From NCBI GenBank assembly GCA_046052125.1, contig JBJOMY010000005.1, positions 96,001 to 160,000 on the forward strand: a stretch of 64,000 bases of DNA, written 5' to 3'. The notes under the pieces were generated by a model. It saw only the letters and a list, made by a program, of their open reading frames with translations, ran no database searches and was not told the origin of the DNA. Below are positions 30,276 through 41,386 of this stretch, in pieces (positions within the stretch are counted from its first letter, which is position 1; every line of letters begins with the position of its first letter). The DNA is from Cyanobacteriota bacterium. GTDB taxonomy: Bacteria > Cyanobacteriota > Cyanobacteriia > PCC-6307 > Cyanobiaceae. The position numbers were made by a program, and so were the translations under genes.

Positions 30276-31780
30276 GCCAGGCCTGGGCCGACCACCTCGA
30301 TCTGCTCATCCGGGCGCGAACACCCATCCTCTGGATCCGCAGCCAGGAGGAAGAGCGCATTGCATCCCTGCTGGCTGCTGCAGCCAAACGCCTGGGCAAC
30401 CGGGCACTAGCCCGCTGGGATTTCATCAGCGGACTGTCCGGCTGGCCCGGGCGTAATGGCGAAGCAGCCCGCAATCCACTCGCGGCCCTTGAAAGCCTGG
30501 CGGCTCTACCGGCGGAGCAGCCAGCGCTGCTGGTGCTCCACGATTTCCACCGCTACAGCGAAGACGCCAGCATCTGCCGCAAGCTGCGCAACCTGGCCAC
30601 CAGCCTGCGCCAGCAGCCTCACACCCTGGTGATCACCGCCGCGGAATGGCAGCTCCCTCGCGATCTCGAGGAGTGCATCACGCTGCTCGACCTCCCCCTG
30701 CCCGATCAGCAAGAGATTGAATCTCTGCTGCGCAGCATCGCCCAGGCCTGTGGGCAAGGGCTGGAGGGCGAGCTGCTGGAACAACTGAGCCACAGCTGCA
30801 GCGGTCTGAGCGAGCAGCGGATCCGCCAGGTGGCAGCCCGCGGGCTGGCCAGTCGCGGCCAACTGGGCCTGGCCGATCTCGAAGAGGTGCTGGAGGAAAA
30901 ACGCCAGGCCATCGCCCGCAGTGAGCTGCTGGAGTACTGCCCCACCGAAGCCACGCCAGCGGATATCGGCGGCCTCGATGCCCTCAAGCTCTGGCTGGAG
31001 CAACGCCACATGGCCTTCAGCGATGAGGCGCGTCGCTACGGCTTGCCGCTGCCGCGAGGCGTGTTGCTGGTGGGGCCGCAGGGCACGGGCAAATCGCTCA
31101 CGGCGAAGGCGATCGCCCACAGTTGGGCAATGCCGCTGCTGCGTTTGGATGTGGGCCGGCTGTTTGCGGGGCTCGTGGGCGCCTCCGAAGCCCGCACCCG
31201 CGACATGATCCAGCGAGCCGAAGCGATGGCCCCCTGCGTGCTCTGGATCGATGAAATCGACAAGGGCTTTGGCGCCGCAGGCGATGGCCGCAGCGATGGC
31301 GGCACCAGCCAGCGGGTGCTGGCGAGCCTGCTCACCTGGATGGCGGAGAAGAGCAGCGCCGTGTTTGTGGTGGCCACCGCCAACGGCGTGGAGAAGCTGC
31401 CACCGGAGCTGCTGCGCAAGGGCCGCTTCGATGAAATCTTTCTGCTCGACCTGCCGGATGGCGATGAACGCCGGGCCATCCTCGATCTGCAACTGAAGCG
31501 GCGACGCCCCCATCACCAACTGCCTCTCGATGTGGTGGTGGATCGCACCGCCGGCTTCTCCGGCGCTGAGCTGGAGCAGGTGGTGATCGAGGCGATGCAC
31601 CAGGCCTTCAGCCAGTCGCGGGAATTTGGTGAAGCGGATCTGATCAGTGCCGCCGCCCAGCTGGTGCCCCTCTCCCGCACCGCTCGCGAACAGCTGGAGG
31701 CGTTGCAGCTTTGGGCCAGCAGCGGTCGAGCCCGCCCCGCCTCCACATTGCGCGGCGTAACGAAGGCCAACTCCAGGTAA
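30272..31780 (+). CDS. ycf46: Ycf46-type AAA+ ATPase
   Basis: GPQGTGKS, WIDEIDK, LLRKGRFDE, FSGAELEQ, W...RARPAS. Confidence 0.88.
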   Translation: MSQAWADHLDLLIRARTPILWIRSQEEERIASLLAAAAKRLGNRALARWDFISGLSGWPGRNGEAARNPLAALESLAALPAEQPALLVLHDFHRYSEDASICRKLRNLATSLRQQPHTLVITAAEWQLPRDLEECITLLDLPLPDQQEIESLLRSIAQACGQGLEGELLEQLSHSCSGLSEQRIRQVAARGLASRGQLGLADLEEVLEEKRQAIARSELLEYCPTEATPADIGGLDALKLWLEQRHMAFSDEARRYGLPLPRGVLLVGPQGTGKSLTAKAIAHSWAMPLLRLDVGRLFAGLVGASEARTRDMIQRAEAMAPCVLWIDEIDKGFGAAGDGRSDGGTSQRVLASLLTWMAEKSSAVFVVATANGVEKLPPELLRKGRFDEIFLLDLPDGDERRAILDLQLKRRRPHHQLPLDVVVDRTAGFSGAELEQVVIEAMHQAFSQSREFGEADLISAAAQLVPLSRTAREQLEALQLWASSGRARPASTLRGVTKANSR

Positions 31781-31851
31781 CAAAGGCCGCTGGGCAAAGC
31801 GACGCAATCGCGAGCCACCCCCAAGCTGCTGGGCAGTCGTCACGGCCCACA

Positions 31852-32013
31852 GTGGAACAGCGTCCCGCCCTCACCACCCAGCTGGCCGTGGCCTGCCTCG
31901 GCGCCGGCGTGATTACTAGCTTCGCCGTGGCCCAGGGCCAGAACCCACTCACAGCGCTCAGCATCACGCTGTTCTCAGCCGTAGCTGCTGTGATGGTGGG
32001 CCAGGTGATCTGA
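31852..32013 (+). CDS. Small hydrophobic protein (53 aa, two predicted TMs)
   Basis: MEQRPALTTQLAVACLGAGVITSFAVAQGQNPLTALSITLFSAVAAVMVGQVI; fills the gap and stops 10 nt before the next gene. Confidence 0.6.
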   Translation: MEQRPALTTQLAVACLGAGVITSFAVAQGQNPLTALSITLFSAVAAVMVGQVI

Positions 32014-32022
32014 TCCAACCGG

Positions 32023-33189
32023 ATGCGCGAGCTCTGCCCCGCCCTCGCCAACAAGACCTATTTCAACTACGGCGGCCAGGGGCCGCTGCCCGCGCCAGCG
32101 CTTGAAGCAATCACGGCGAGCTGGCAGCAGATCCAAGAGCTGGGCCCCTTCACAACCGATGTGTGGCCGTTCATCGAGCAGGAAACGGCTCGGGTGCGTA
32201 GCCAGCTAGCGGCACTCTGTGGGGTTGGCCCCCATCGCCTGGCCCTCACCGAAAACGTGACCAGCGGCTGCGTGCTCCCCCTGTGGGGCCTGCCATGGCA
32301 ACCCGGTGACGAGCTGCTGATCAGCGACTGCGAACACCCTGGCGTTGTGGCCGCCTGCCAGGAACTGGCACGGCGAGAAGGTCTGAACATCAGCACCCTG
32401 CCGGTGTTGGAGCTCTGTTGCGCCACCCCCCAGGCCGAGCTCGATGCGGCAGTACTGGATGCCCTCGAGCAACGCCTAACGCCCCGCACCCGACTGGTGG
32501 CGCTTTCCCACCTGCTCTGGAACAGCGGCAGTGTGATGCCCATCCCTGCCGTAACGGAGCGCCTGCGGCAGCACCCCCTTCAACCGTGGCTGCTGGTGGA
32601 TGCGGCCCAATCCATGGGCAGCCTGCCGGTGCAGGAGGCCGCTACCGCGGCCGACATCTACGCCTTTACCGGCCACAAGTGGTGCTGCGGCCCCGAGGGG
32701 CTCGGGGGTGTTGCACTTTCCGAACGGCTGCTAGAGCAGGCCCAGCCCACCCTGATCGGCTGGCGCAGCCTGCGGCATGAGGCTTCGGCCGGCAGCAGCT
32801 TCCACAGCGATGCCCGCCGCTTTGAAGTGGCCACCTCCTGTGTGCCGCTTTGCAGCGGCCTGGCCACATCCCTTGAGCGACTAGCCGCCGAAGGTTCGCC
32901 CGAGCAACGACTGCAGCAGATCCAGAAGGGCAGCCTGCAGCTCTGGCAGGGTCTGCAATCCATCGGCTCCGCTCGCACCTTGCTGCGCGAACCGCCACCA
33001 GCCGGTCTGGTGAGCTTCCACCTGGAGGGCCGCGCCACAGCCAGCGTGGTTCAGGAACTCGGTGCTCAGGGGATCTGGATCAGGCGTTTGGATGAGCCGG
33101 ACTGCCTACGGGCCTGCACCCACATCACCACCACAGCCAACGAGATCGAGACCCTGCTCACGGCGCTGCAACGACTGGCCGCTGGCTAA
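32023..33189 (+). CDS. Aminotransferase class V (L-cysteine/cystine lyase-like)
   Basis: [38 protein letters not shown]. Confidence 0.88.
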   Translation: MRELCPALANKTYFNYGGQGPLPAPALEAITASWQQIQELGPFTTDVWPFIEQETARVRSQLAALCGVGPHRLALTENVTSGCVLPLWGLPWQPGDELLISDCEHPGVVAACQELARREGLNISTLPVLELCCATPQAELDAAVLDALEQRLTPRTRLVALSHLLWNSGSVMPIPAVTERLRQHPLQPWLLVDAAQSMGSLPVQEAATAADIYAFTGHKWCCGPEGLGGVALSERLLEQAQPTLIGWRSLRHEASAGSSFHSDARRFEVATSCVPLCSGLATSLERLAAEGSPEQRLQQIQKGSLQLWQGLQSIGSARTLLREPPPAGLVSFHLEGRATASVVQELGAQGIWIRRLDEPDCLRACTHITTTANEIETLLTALQRLAAG

Positions 33190-34706
33190 CAGGGACGCTC
33201 CCGCAGGGCCTTTTCCGCCTCCTCGCGGTCATCGAAGTGAACCTTGGTGGTGCCAAGGATCTGATAGTCCTCGTGGCCCTTGCCAGCGATCAACACCAGA
33301 TCGTGACCACCAGCGGAGGCGATGGCAGAGGCGATCGCCTTGGCGCGATCCCCTTCCACCTGCAAGGCCGTGCCCTCAGGGATTCCAGCGATCACATCTC
33401 GGAGGATCTGCTGCGGGTCCTCCGTGCGCGGGTTATCGGAAGTGACCACCACCTGATCGGCGAGGCGGGCCGCGATCGCCCCCATCTGCGGCCGCTTGGT
33501 GCGATCGCGATCACCGCCGCAACCAAACACGCAGATCAACTGGCCGCTCGCGAACGGCCGGCAGGCCTTCAGCGCGCTTTCGAGGCCATCGGGAGTGTGG
33601 GCGTAATCCACCAGCACCGCCGGCAGGCTGCCCTCGCAACACTCCACCCGGCCCACCGCAACCCGCTCCATCCGCCCAGGAACCCCACGGAAGCTCGACA
33701 AGCCCGTGAGCAGATTGGCCAAAGGCAGGCCCTGCTGGAGCAGAGAGCCCACGGCCTGCAGCTGATTCATCAGGTTGAAGCGCCCGAGCAGGGGCGAGCT
33801 GAATGCCCCAGTGCCCATCGGGCTCACGAGCACGCCCGTCACGCCATCAGAGCTGAACCGCAACTGCTCCATGCGCAACTCCGCAGTGCTGCCCTCCTCG
33901 AGCGAGCAGCGCCAGCAGTGGCCGCCCAAACGCTCCGCCAGCTGCTGCCCCCAGGGGTCGTCCACGTTCACCACCGCCGTGGCCTGAGCGGGCTTGAGCT
34001 CCAGAAACGCTGCACTGAACAGCGATGCCTTGGCCTCGAAATAGGCCTGCATCGAAGGGTGGTAGTCGAGATGGTCCTGGGTGAGGTTGGTGAACACCGC
34101 TCCCGCATAGCGGCAGCCGCTCACCCGCTGCTGATCGAGCGCATGGGAGCTCACCTCCATCGCCCCCACCTGAGCACCAGCCTCCACCGCCTGGGCGAGT
34201 TGCCCCTGCAGCACATCAGCAAAGGCGGTGGTGTGCTGAGCCGTCACGCTGTGGCCCGGCCAGCGATTCACCAGCGTTCCAAACAGAGCCGAAGGCATGC
34301 CGCTGCTGGCGGCAAGGTGCTCGATCAGATGGGTGGTGGTGGTTTTGCCGTTGGTGCCGGTCACACCGATCAGATGCAGGCGCCGGCTGGGCTGCTGCCA
34401 AAACTCAGCCGCCAGCAAGCCGCCCCAACGGGCCACCGGATCCGCCACCACCAGCACCGGGTCGTGATCGGAAGGTGGGCACGCCTCGGCCGCAGCCGGA
34501 CCAATCACCGCCAACACCGCGCCGGCCTGCAGGGCTTCCGGCCAGAAGCTGCCGCCATCCACCTTTTCCCCGGGTAAGCCCACAAACAGCGTGCCTGGGC
34601 CCACCCGACGCGAATCACAGCTCACGCTGTTCACCTCTGCATTCACCAGGCCGGGGGGCACCGCCAATCCGACCTGTCGCAGCAGGGGGTGGAGGCGTTC
34701 AGACAT
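33186..34706 (-). CDS. murE: UDP-N-acetylmuramoyl-L-alanyl-D-glutamate--2,6-diaminopimelate ligase
   Basis: [43 protein letters not shown]. Confidence 0.97.
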   Translation of the reverse strand: MSERLHPLLRQVGLAVPPGLVNAEVNSVSCDSRRVGPGTLFVGLPGEKVDGGSFWPEALQAGAVLAVIGPAAAEACPPSDHDPVLVVADPVARWGGLLAAEFWQQPSRRLHLIGVTGTNGKTTTTHLIEHLAASSGMPSALFGTLVNRWPGHSVTAQHTTAFADVLQGQLAQAVEAGAQVGAMEVSSHALDQQRVSGCRYAGAVFTNLTQDHLDYHPSMQAYFEAKASLFSAAFLELKPAQATAVVNVDDPWGQQLAERLGGHCWRCSLEEGSTAELRMEQLRFSSDGVTGVLVSPMGTGAFSSPLLGRFNLMNQLQAVGSLLQQGLPLANLLTGLSSFRGVPGRMERVAVGRVECCEGSLPAVLVDYAHTPDGLESALKACRPFASGQLICVFGCGGDRDRTKRPQMGAIAARLADQVVVTSDNPRTEDPQQILRDVIAGIPEGTALQVEGDRAKAIASAIASAGGHDLVLIAGKGHEDYQILGTTKVHFDDREEAEKALRERPC

Positions 34707-34798
34707 GGCAGCGAAGCTGATGCGCCCGTTTTAAACGGATTGAGCGGCTGCAACGTCGTCCTGGCGACCAGTCTTGTGAGCCTCAGCCAAGACAGCTC

Positions 34799-35053
34799 TC
34801 AGAGGCAGCCCTGGCTCTGCAGCCAAGCCAGCAACTGCTGGGGAGGCAGCCGGGGGGAAACCCGTGGCAGCACCTGCTGGCTCAAGCCCTCACGCCGCAG
34901 CAGCACGGGCACATCCAAATCGAAACGAGCCAGCAGCTGCGGGTCTGCATCCACGTCGAGCCGCTCAAAGGGAACAGCCAGGGCTTTGAGCTTTTCCTCG
35001 AGGCCCTCGCAGAGGCAGCACCCCTGCCGGGTGATCAACACCAGATCCGCCAT
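34799..35053 (-). CDS. Glutaredoxin-like protein (DUF836)
   Basis: RQGCCLCEG, FDLDVPVL. Confidence 0.82.
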   Translation of the reverse strand: MADLVLITRQGCCLCEGLEEKLKALAVPFERLDVDADPQLLARFDLDVPVLLRREGLSQQVLPRVSPRLPPQQLLAWLQSQGCL

Positions 35054-35280
35054 CAATCGGGCACCGGGTCGCAGCCGCAGGGGGTGAAGGGATGGCAACG
35101 CAGCAGCCTGCGCAGCGTGAGCCAGCTGCCGCGCCAGGGGCCGTGGCGTTCAATCGCCTCAAGGCCATAGGCGCTGCAACTGGGGATGAAGCGGCAGCGG
35201 GGCGGCCCCAGCAGCGGCGAGATGAACTGCCGGTAAAAGCCGATCAGAGCCATCAGCAACCGTTGCAGCAGCAGGTTCAT
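35053..35280 (-). CDS. yidD: Membrane protein insertion efficiency factor YidD
   Basis: [19 protein letters not shown]...RCHPF..GCDPVP. Confidence 0.94.
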   Translation of the reverse strand: MNLLLQRLLMALIGFYRQFISPLLGPPRCRFIPSCSAYGLEAIERHGPWRGSWLTLRRLLRCHPFTPCGCDPVPD

Positions 35281-35438
35281 GAACAGCAGAAGGTGGGGCC
35301 TGGGCCGAGAGATAGGATCGCCAACTGGCGTGGCATCAGCCCGCTGGCTGAGCTGCTTCCTTCGCGAGATTCTCGCAAGGCCGCTCACCGGCATCCGGCT
35401 CGCCGCCTCGCCCGACTGCCCAACCATCACGGTTTTCT

Positions 35439-36047
35439 ATGTCTCGCTACCGCGGCCCTCGTCTGAGGATTACGCGGCGCTTGGGAGACCTTCCCGGTCT
35501 CACCCGTAAGTCCGCTAAGCGGTCTTATCCCCCCGGTCAGCACGGCCAAGCCCGTCGCAAGCGCTCCGAATACGCCATCCGCCTCGAAGAGAAGCAGAAG
35601 CTTCGCTTCAACTACGGCATCTCCGAGCGTCAGCTCGTGCGCTACGTGAAGAAAGCGCGCGCCCAGGAGGGTTCCACCGGAACCAACCTGCTGAAGCTGC
35701 TCGAGAACCGTCTCGACAATGTGTGCTTCCGCCTCGGCTTCGGCCCCACCGTTCCCGGTGCCCGTCAGCTGGTGAACCATGGCCACGTGACCGTGAACGG
35801 CCGCGTCGTGGACATCCCCAGCTACCAGTGCAAGGCCGGTGATGTGGTCGCCATCCGCGAGCGCAAGCAGAGCAAGAAGCTGGCTGAAGGCAACCTGGAA
35901 TTCCCCGGTCTGGCCAACATCCCGCCTCACCTCGAGCTCGACAAGAACAAGCTGGTCGCCAAGGTGATCAGCAAGTGCGAGCGCGAGTGGGTCGCCCTCG
36001 AAATCAACGAACTGCTGGTGGTCGAGTTTTACTCCCGCAAGGTGTGA
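35439..36047 (+). CDS. rpsD: 30S ribosomal protein S4
   Basis: [41 protein letters not shown]. Confidence 0.99.
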   Translation: MSRYRGPRLRITRRLGDLPGLTRKSAKRSYPPGQHGQARRKRSEYAIRLEEKQKLRFNYGISERQLVRYVKKARAQEGSTGTNLLKLLENRLDNVCFRLGFGPTVPGARQLVNHGHVTVNGRVVDIPSYQCKAGDVVAIRERKQSKKLAEGNLEFPGLANIPPHLELDKNKLVAKVISKCEREWVALEINELLVVEFYSRKV

Positions 36048-36096
36048 TCGAACGGCTGCTGGTTTCAGCAGCCCCGATCAACCGAATCAGTTCAGC

Positions 36097-36124
36097 AAGC
36101 CCGGCCAACCAGCCGGGCTTTTTT
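36097..36124 (+). terminator. Rho-independent terminator after rpsD
   Basis: AAGCCCGGC-CAACCA-GCCGGGCTT hairpin running into a T-tract. Confidence 0.88.
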
Positions 36125-36155
36125 CATGGACTGCTGCTGATGCAGCGATCGCTGC

Positions 36156-37040
36156 TCAGCCGTTGATGAGCGTCTCGAGGGCATCAGTCACATCCGGCTG
36201 GCGCATCAGTGATTCGCCCACGAGCACCGCATCGGCGCCAGCGCTCTGTACGCGGTCGAGGTCGTCGCGCGTGAACAGCCCGGATTCGCTCACCAGCAGA
36301 CACCCCTTGGCGCGGATCTGCTCGCCGTAGCGCTCCGTGAGGGCTTCGGTGGTGGCCAGATCTGTGTGGAAGGTGGCGAGATCGCGGTTGTTGATGCCGA
36401 TCAACTGCACGCCATCGAGGGTCAAGACACGCTCGAGCTCGGCAGCGTCATGCACCTCCACCAGCACGGTGAGGCCCAGGGCCCGAGCCACCTTGAGGAG
36501 GTAGGCCATGTCCGCATCGCTGAGGATGGCGGCAATCAGCAGCGCAGCATCGGCGCCAGCCGCCCGGGCCTGATACAGCTGATAGGGGCTCAGGATGAAG
36601 TCTTTGCAAAGCAGCGGCAGATCCACCACCTGGCGCACCTGCACCAGGACCTCGAAGCCGCCCTGGAAAAACTGTTTATCCGTGAGCACCGAGAGGCAGC
36701 TCGCCCCGCCGGCTGCGTAGCCGCGGGCAATCGCCTCAGGATCGAAATCCTCGCGGATCACCCCTTTGCTGGGGCTGGCTTTCTTCACCTCAGCGATCAC
36801 CGCCGGTTTGCGGCAGGCCGCTTTGAGTGCCGCAAGAAAATCGCGAGGGGCCGGGAGCTCAGCCACCTGCTTCTTGAGCTGATCGAGGCTGACGCGCTCG
36901 CGGGCGACGGTCACCTCACGATCCTTCTCCCACACGATCTTCTCGAGGATGTTGCGCGGTTCGCTCTCCTCGTGGGGAATGGCGTATTCGAGGTGCGCCA
37001 CCTTCACCTTGGGGTTGGGCGGCCGGCGACGGATCTCCAT
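36156..37040 (-). CDS. trpC: Indole-3-glycerol phosphate synthase
   Basis: [34 protein letters not shown]; cyanobacterial [11 protein letters not shown]-terminus. Confidence 0.97.
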   Translation of the reverse strand: MEIRRRPPNPKVKVAHLEYAIPHEESEPRNILEKIVWEKDREVTVARERVSLDQLKKQVAELPAPRDFLAALKAACRKPAVIAEVKKASPSKGVIREDFDPEAIARGYAAGGASCLSVLTDKQFFQGGFEVLVQVRQVVDLPLLCKDFILSPYQLYQARAAGADAALLIAAILSDADMAYLLKVARALGLTVLVEVHDAAELERVLTLDGVQLIGINNRDLATFHTDLATTEALTERYGEQIRAKGCLLVSESGLFTRDDLDRVQSAGADAVLVGESLMRQPDVTDALETLING

Positions 37041-37044
37041 GGAT

Positions 37045-38487
37045 TCAGGCTCCCACGGCCATGGCGGCCTGCTTGTACGCCACTTCCACCACTTCGCTGA
37101 GGGTGGGGTGGGTGTGCACCTCATTGGCCAGTTGCTTCACGCTCTGGCGGCGGGCCACGGCGTTCGCGATCTCCTGAATCAGATCCGCCGCGTGCAGGCC
37201 ATAGATATGGGCCCCGAGCACCTCACCGGTGCTCTTGTTGAACAGCAGCTTCATCAGGCCATCGCTCTCGAGCTCGGCCAGGGCCTTGGAGTTGGCCTTG
37301 AAGTAGCTGCGCACACTGCCCAGTTCAAAGCCATCTTTGGCGGCCAGCTCCTTGGCATCGGCTTCACTCAGGCCCACCGAGCTGATCTCGGGGTGGGTGA
37401 AGGTGGCGGCCGGAATCGAGCGGTAATCGATGGAGCGGGGGTGACCCAGGATGTTGTCCACCGCCACGGTGCCCTGGGCAGCAGCGGTGTGGGCCAGCAT
37501 CATCTTTCCGGTTACGTCGCCCACAGCCCAGAGGTGGGGCACGGGAGCGCCGTTCACCAGCACCCGCAGCTGGTCGTCCACGGGGATGAAGCCGCGGTTG
37601 GTTTCGATGCCACAGGCCTCGAGGTTGAGGCCCTTGCTGCTGGGCACGCGGCCGGTGGCCACCAGCACCGCATCCACCTCGAGGGTTTCCACCGGCTCGC
37701 GGGTCTGCATGTCCACCAGTTCGATCTGAACGGGGGCACCAGGCTTGATCGATTTCGCCAGCACGCCGGAGCGGGCATCAATGTCGCGGCCGTCGATCAG
37801 GTTGCGGGCGGCGATCTTGGCGATATCGGGATCGAAGGTGGGCATCACCCGATCGAGGGCCTCGATCATCGTCACTTCACAGCCGAGGGCTGTGTACACA
37901 TCAGCGAACTCCAGGCCGATGTAGCCGCTGCCGATGATCGCCATCCAACGGGGCAGCCACTCCAGGCTCACGGCCTCATCGCTGGTGAACACGGTGCGGC
38001 CGTCGGTTTCGATGCCGGGCGGCACAAAGGGATCGGAACCGGTGGCGATGATCACGTCGCGGCCGGTGAGCACGCGATCCACACCATTGATCTCGCGCAC
38101 GCCCACCTTTTGGGGGCCTTCCAGGCGACCGGTGCCCCGGATGATCGTGACGCCGGCGCGCTCGAGGGTTTTGGTGAGGTTGCCGCGGATCGTGGCCACC
38201 AGCTGATTGGCGTGATCGGCGATCTTCTGGCGCTCGAAACGCACCGGCGCAGCATGGATGCCGAAGCCTTTGAGGTGTTCAGCATCGGCCAGCTCGCGCA
38301 CGCGGCCGCTGGCGGCCAGCAGAGCCTTGGAGGGCACGCAGCCGCGGTTCACGCAGGTGCCGCCCATATCGCGGCTTTCGATGATCGCGGTGCGTAGTCC
38401 GTGATCGGCAGCGTGCTTGGCGGCATCGAAGCCGCCGTAGCCGGCACCGATGACGATCACATCAAAATCGAAGCTGCCGTCGCTCAC
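37045..38487 (-). CDS. lpdA: Dihydrolipoamide dehydrogenase
   Basis: [33 protein letters not shown]. Confidence 0.96.
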   Translation of the reverse strand: MSDGSFDFDVIVIGAGYGGFDAAKHAADHGLRTAIIESRDMGGTCVNRGCVPSKALLAASGRVRELADAEHLKGFGIHAAPVRFERQKIADHANQLVATIRGNLTKTLERAGVTIIRGTGRLEGPQKVGVREINGVDRVLTGRDVIIATGSDPFVPPGIETDGRTVFTSDEAVSLEWLPRWMAIIGSGYIGLEFADVYTALGCEVTMIEALDRVMPTFDPDIAKIAARNLIDGRDIDARSGVLAKSIKPGAPVQIELVDMQTREPVETLEVDAVLVATGRVPSSKGLNLEACGIETNRGFIPVDDQLRVLVNGAPVPHLWAVGDVTGKMMLAHTAAAQGTVAVDNILGHPRSIDYRSIPAATFTHPEISSVGLSEADAKELAAKDGFELGSVRSYFKANSKALAELESDGLMKLLFNKSTGEVLGAHIYGLHAADLIQEIANAVARRQSVKQLANEVHTHPTLSEVVEVAYKQAAMAVGA

Positions 38488-38522
38488 CGGATGCCTGCAC
38501 AGTTGGCGGGCATTCTCTCCTG

Positions 38523-39323
38523 TCAGGGCGCCGCGGTCGCGCTGCGCTGCTGCCGGCAACGCTCCAGCAGCAACGGGGCCGCTGCCACGGCCACATTCAG
38601 CGACTCCACCGCCGCGCTGTGGGGGATGGTGACGCGGTGCGTGGCCAGCTCCGCCAACTCCGGATGGAGACCAGCACCCTCATTGCCCATGAGCAGCACG
38701 GTGGGCTGGGTCCAGTCCAACTGCCAGTAGGGCTCGGCGCTGAGATCCACCACGGTGGCCACCACCTGCTGACCGGCTGAGCGGGCCCGCTGCAGCAGTG
38801 GCAGCAACGCCGAGCGATCGGGCTCGCGCAGCAGCGGCAGAGCCAAGGCAACACCGGCAGAAGCGCGCAGCACCTTGGGCTGGAGCGGATCAGCGCCGCC
38901 ACCGAGCCACACCTCGTCGACGCCGGCCGCCAGGGCGGTGCGCAACAGCGTGCCGAGATTGCCCGGATCCTGCAGCTGATCCAGCGCCAGCACGAACCGG
39001 CCCTGGCCCCGAGCTGCGGGCAATGCGTCGCGCGCCAGGGTCGCCACCACACCATCAGGGCTATCGGTGGTGGCCACCGCCGCCAACACCGCATCACCCA
39101 CCGGCTGGGGACGCCAAGCCGCTGCTGCGATCAGATCGCCGTGGCGCTCTAACCAGGCCTCTGTAGCGAGCAACTGCTCTGGCCTGTGGCCGAGGCGCAC
39201 CAACTCCTGGATCTGATGGGTTCCTTCAAGCAGCAACAGCCCCAGCTCGCGGCGCCCCTTGGGCTGATGCAAGCTGCGCAGCCGCGCCACCAGCGGATTG
39301 CGGCGGCTGGTGATCAGCTCCAT
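38523..39323 (-). CDS. TrmH/SpoU family RNA methyltransferase
   Basis: QDPGNLGTLLRTA, MGNEGAG, ESLNVAVA. Confidence 0.93.
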   Translation of the reverse strand: MELITSRRNPLVARLRSLHQPKGRRELGLLLLEGTHQIQELVRLGHRPEQLLATEAWLERHGDLIAAAAWRPQPVGDAVLAAVATTDSPDGVVATLARDALPAARGQGRFVLALDQLQDPGNLGTLLRTALAAGVDEVWLGGGADPLQPKVLRASAGVALALPLLREPDRSALLPLLQRARSAGQQVVATVVDLSAEPYWQLDWTQPTVLLMGNEGAGLHPELAELATHRVTIPHSAAVESLNVAVAAAPLLLERCRQQRSATAAP

Positions 39324-39571
39324 CAGAAGGTCTTGTGCTGGCGGACATGCAAGCCATCGCCCACCACCAACGAGCTCTCCTGCAGATCCAGACCGCGCAC
39401 CGCGGCCACCTCACCCTTGAGCCCCTCGGCCGAGAGGTTCTTGATCAATTCCTTCATCAGCACGTCTTCGATCGTTTGCTGATCGAGTGCATCCGGCGTC
39501 AGCGCCCCGAGCAATCGACCCAATTTGGAGGTCACCACTTCACGGGCATTGGTGATCTTGAGGACGAGCAT
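39323..39571 (-). CDS. Small conserved hypothetical protein
   Basis: 82 aa MLVLKITNAREVV...IKNLSAEGLKGEV; stop overlaps the TrmH-family start. Confidence 0.65.
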   Translation of the reverse strand: MLVLKITNAREVVTSKLGRLLGALTPDALDQQTIEDVLMKELIKNLSAEGLKGEVAAVRGLDLQESSLVVGDGLHVRQHKTF

Positions 39572-39670
39572 GACGGGAGGGTGCAGCGTGAACGATGAAA
39601 GCAGCCGCAAGGGCGCTGCCGCCGTGCCCTAAACCCTGACAACGGAGCGGTTAATCAGCAACGAATCGGC

Positions 39671-39700
39671 AAAAAAAAGCCCCCCTGCAATGAGGGAGGC
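39671..39700 (-). terminator. Terminator after tRNA-Leu(CAG)
   Basis: On the minus strand GCCTCCCT-CATTGC-AGGGGGGC followed by T8. Confidence 0.85.
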
Positions 39701-39707
39701 ATTTCAG

Positions 39708-39791
39708 TGCGGATGGGGAGACTTGAACTCCCACGACATTGCTGCCACTAGTACCTGAAACTAGCGCGTCTACCAATTCCGCCACATCCGC
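39708..39791 (-). tRNA. tRNA-Leu(CAG)
   Basis: GCGGATGTGGCGGAATTGGTAGACGCG, anticodon arm CTAGT-TTCAGGT-ACTAG, long variable arm, GTTCAAGT T-loop. Confidence 0.95.
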
Positions 39792-39941
39792 TTGGGCTGG
39801 CGTTGCCGCGTTTGCGACCCCGGAAATGTACCCCATCAAGGGTGATCCCCAGACCGTCAAGCCAGTTCCGGCGCCGGACGTCTTGCCGGTCTCAGTACAG
39901 ATTGTCAGGATGAGGCCTCTAGAGGCGGGACGTCCGAAGCC

Positions 39942-41237
39942 ATGACCGTGACCGTTGCCCCGTCTCAGCAGATTCTCAACCCTCAGCTTGAGATTGCGGG
40001 CAACCGTCGCCTGGCCGGCGAGCTGCGGGTGAGTGGCGCCAAAAACTCAGCCCTGGTGCTGATGGCCGCCAGCCTGCTCACAGAAGATCAGTTGCGGCTC
40101 CGAAACGTACCGCCACTCACGGATATCCAGGGCATGGGCGAGATCCTCGCCTCCCTGGGCGTAACGGTGCGCCGCGGCAACGACAGCCTGGAGATGAACG
40201 GCTCTGGGCTGAATCAATCCGCTCCGCCCTACGAGCTGGTGAACAGCCTCAGGGCCAGCTTCTTCTGCATCGGCCCCCTGCTTGCTCGTCTCGGAATCGC
40301 GCGGGTTCCCCTGCCCGGCGGCTGCCAGATCGGTACCCGTCCGGTGGTGGAGCACGTGAAAGGCCTGAAGGCGCTTGGAGCTCAGGTCACCATCGACCAC
40401 GGTGTGGTGTCAGCGGTGGTACCCGGCCGCGGCCACCGGCTCAAGGGTGGCCGGATCCACCTGGATTGCCCCAGCGTTGGAGCCACGGAAACATTGATGA
40501 TGGCGGCCGCCCTGGCGGAGGGCGAAACGGTGATCGAGAACGCCGCCCTTGAACCCGAGGTGGTGGATCTCGCCGGGCTGTTGCTGGCCATGGGCGCCAG
40601 GGTGCGCGGAGCCGGCACCCCCACGATCACCATCGTTGGGGTCGAGCGTCTGCACGGGGCCGATTACGCCGTGATCCCCGACCGCATTGAGGCCGGCACC
40701 TTCCTGCTGGCCGCCGCCATCACCCGCTCCACCCTCACGGTGGGCCCCGTGATCCCCGATCACCTGAGGGCCGTGCTCACCAAGCTGGAGGAGGCGAGCT
40801 GCCGTCTCAACATCGATGGCACGAGCGTGACCATCAGCGCTGAAGAGATTCAGGCCGTTGACCTGCGCACCCAGCCCTTCCCCGGGTTCCCCACCGACCT
40901 CCAGGCACCGTTCATGAGCCTGCTGGCCACGGCCAAGGGCACCAGTGTGATCACCGAGAACATCTTCGAAAACCGCCTGCAGCACGTGGCTGAACTGCAG
41001 CGCATGGGCGCCGCCATCCGCGTGCAGGGCAGCACCGCCTTCATTGAGGGAGTGGCCCGCCTCAGCGGTGCTCCGGTGCAGGGCAGCGATCTGCGCGCCT
41101 CGGCGGCGATGGTGCTGGCCGGTTTGGCGGCGGAGGGCATCACCACCGTTCAGGGCCTGGAATACCTCGATCGCGGTTACGCCGATTTCGAGGGCAAGCT
41201 CAACCGCGTCGGCGCCTCGATCCGTCGCGTGGGCTGA
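39942..41237 (+). CDS. murA: UDP-N-acetylglucosamine 1-carboxyvinyltransferase
   Basis: [42 protein letters not shown]. Confidence 0.98.
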   Translation: MTVTVAPSQQILNPQLEIAGNRRLAGELRVSGAKNSALVLMAASLLTEDQLRLRNVPPLTDIQGMGEILASLGVTVRRGNDSLEMNGSGLNQSAPPYELVNSLRASFFCIGPLLARLGIARVPLPGGCQIGTRPVVEHVKGLKALGAQVTIDHGVVSAVVPGRGHRLKGGRIHLDCPSVGATETLMMAAALAEGETVIENAALEPEVVDLAGLLLAMGARVRGAGTPTITIVGVERLHGADYAVIPDRIEAGTFLLAAAITRSTLTVGPVIPDHLRAVLTKLEEASCRLNIDGTSVTISAEEIQAVDLRTQPFPGFPTDLQAPFMSLLATAKGTSVITENIFENRLQHVAELQRMGAAIRVQGSTAFIEGVARLSGAPVQGSDLRASAAMVLAGLAAEGITTVQGLEYLDRGYADFEGKLNRVGASIRRVG

Positions 41238-41263
41238 GGGCTGGCCCTTACAGTCAGCCACGC

Positions 41264-41345
41264 GGGAGCGTGCCGGAATTGGTAGACGGACTCGACTCAA
41301 AATCGAGCGCCTTCGGGCATGTGGGTTCAAGTCCCACCGCTCCTA
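41264..41345 (+). tRNA. tRNA-Leu(CAA)
   Basis: Acceptor GGGAGCG/CGCTCCT, anticodon arm CTCGA-CTCAAAA-TCGAG, variable arm with TTCG loop, GGTTCAAGTCC. Confidence 0.95.
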
Positions 41346-41386
41346 TAACCCCGCCCCTTCGAACCACTCCCGCCCAATCGGCGGTG

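Noticed and set aside
41270..41386. N-terminal extension of ArgD in the ORF track
   Set aside because: It overlaps a complete tRNA-Leu(CAA); homology-like sequence starts at MNTYGRF.
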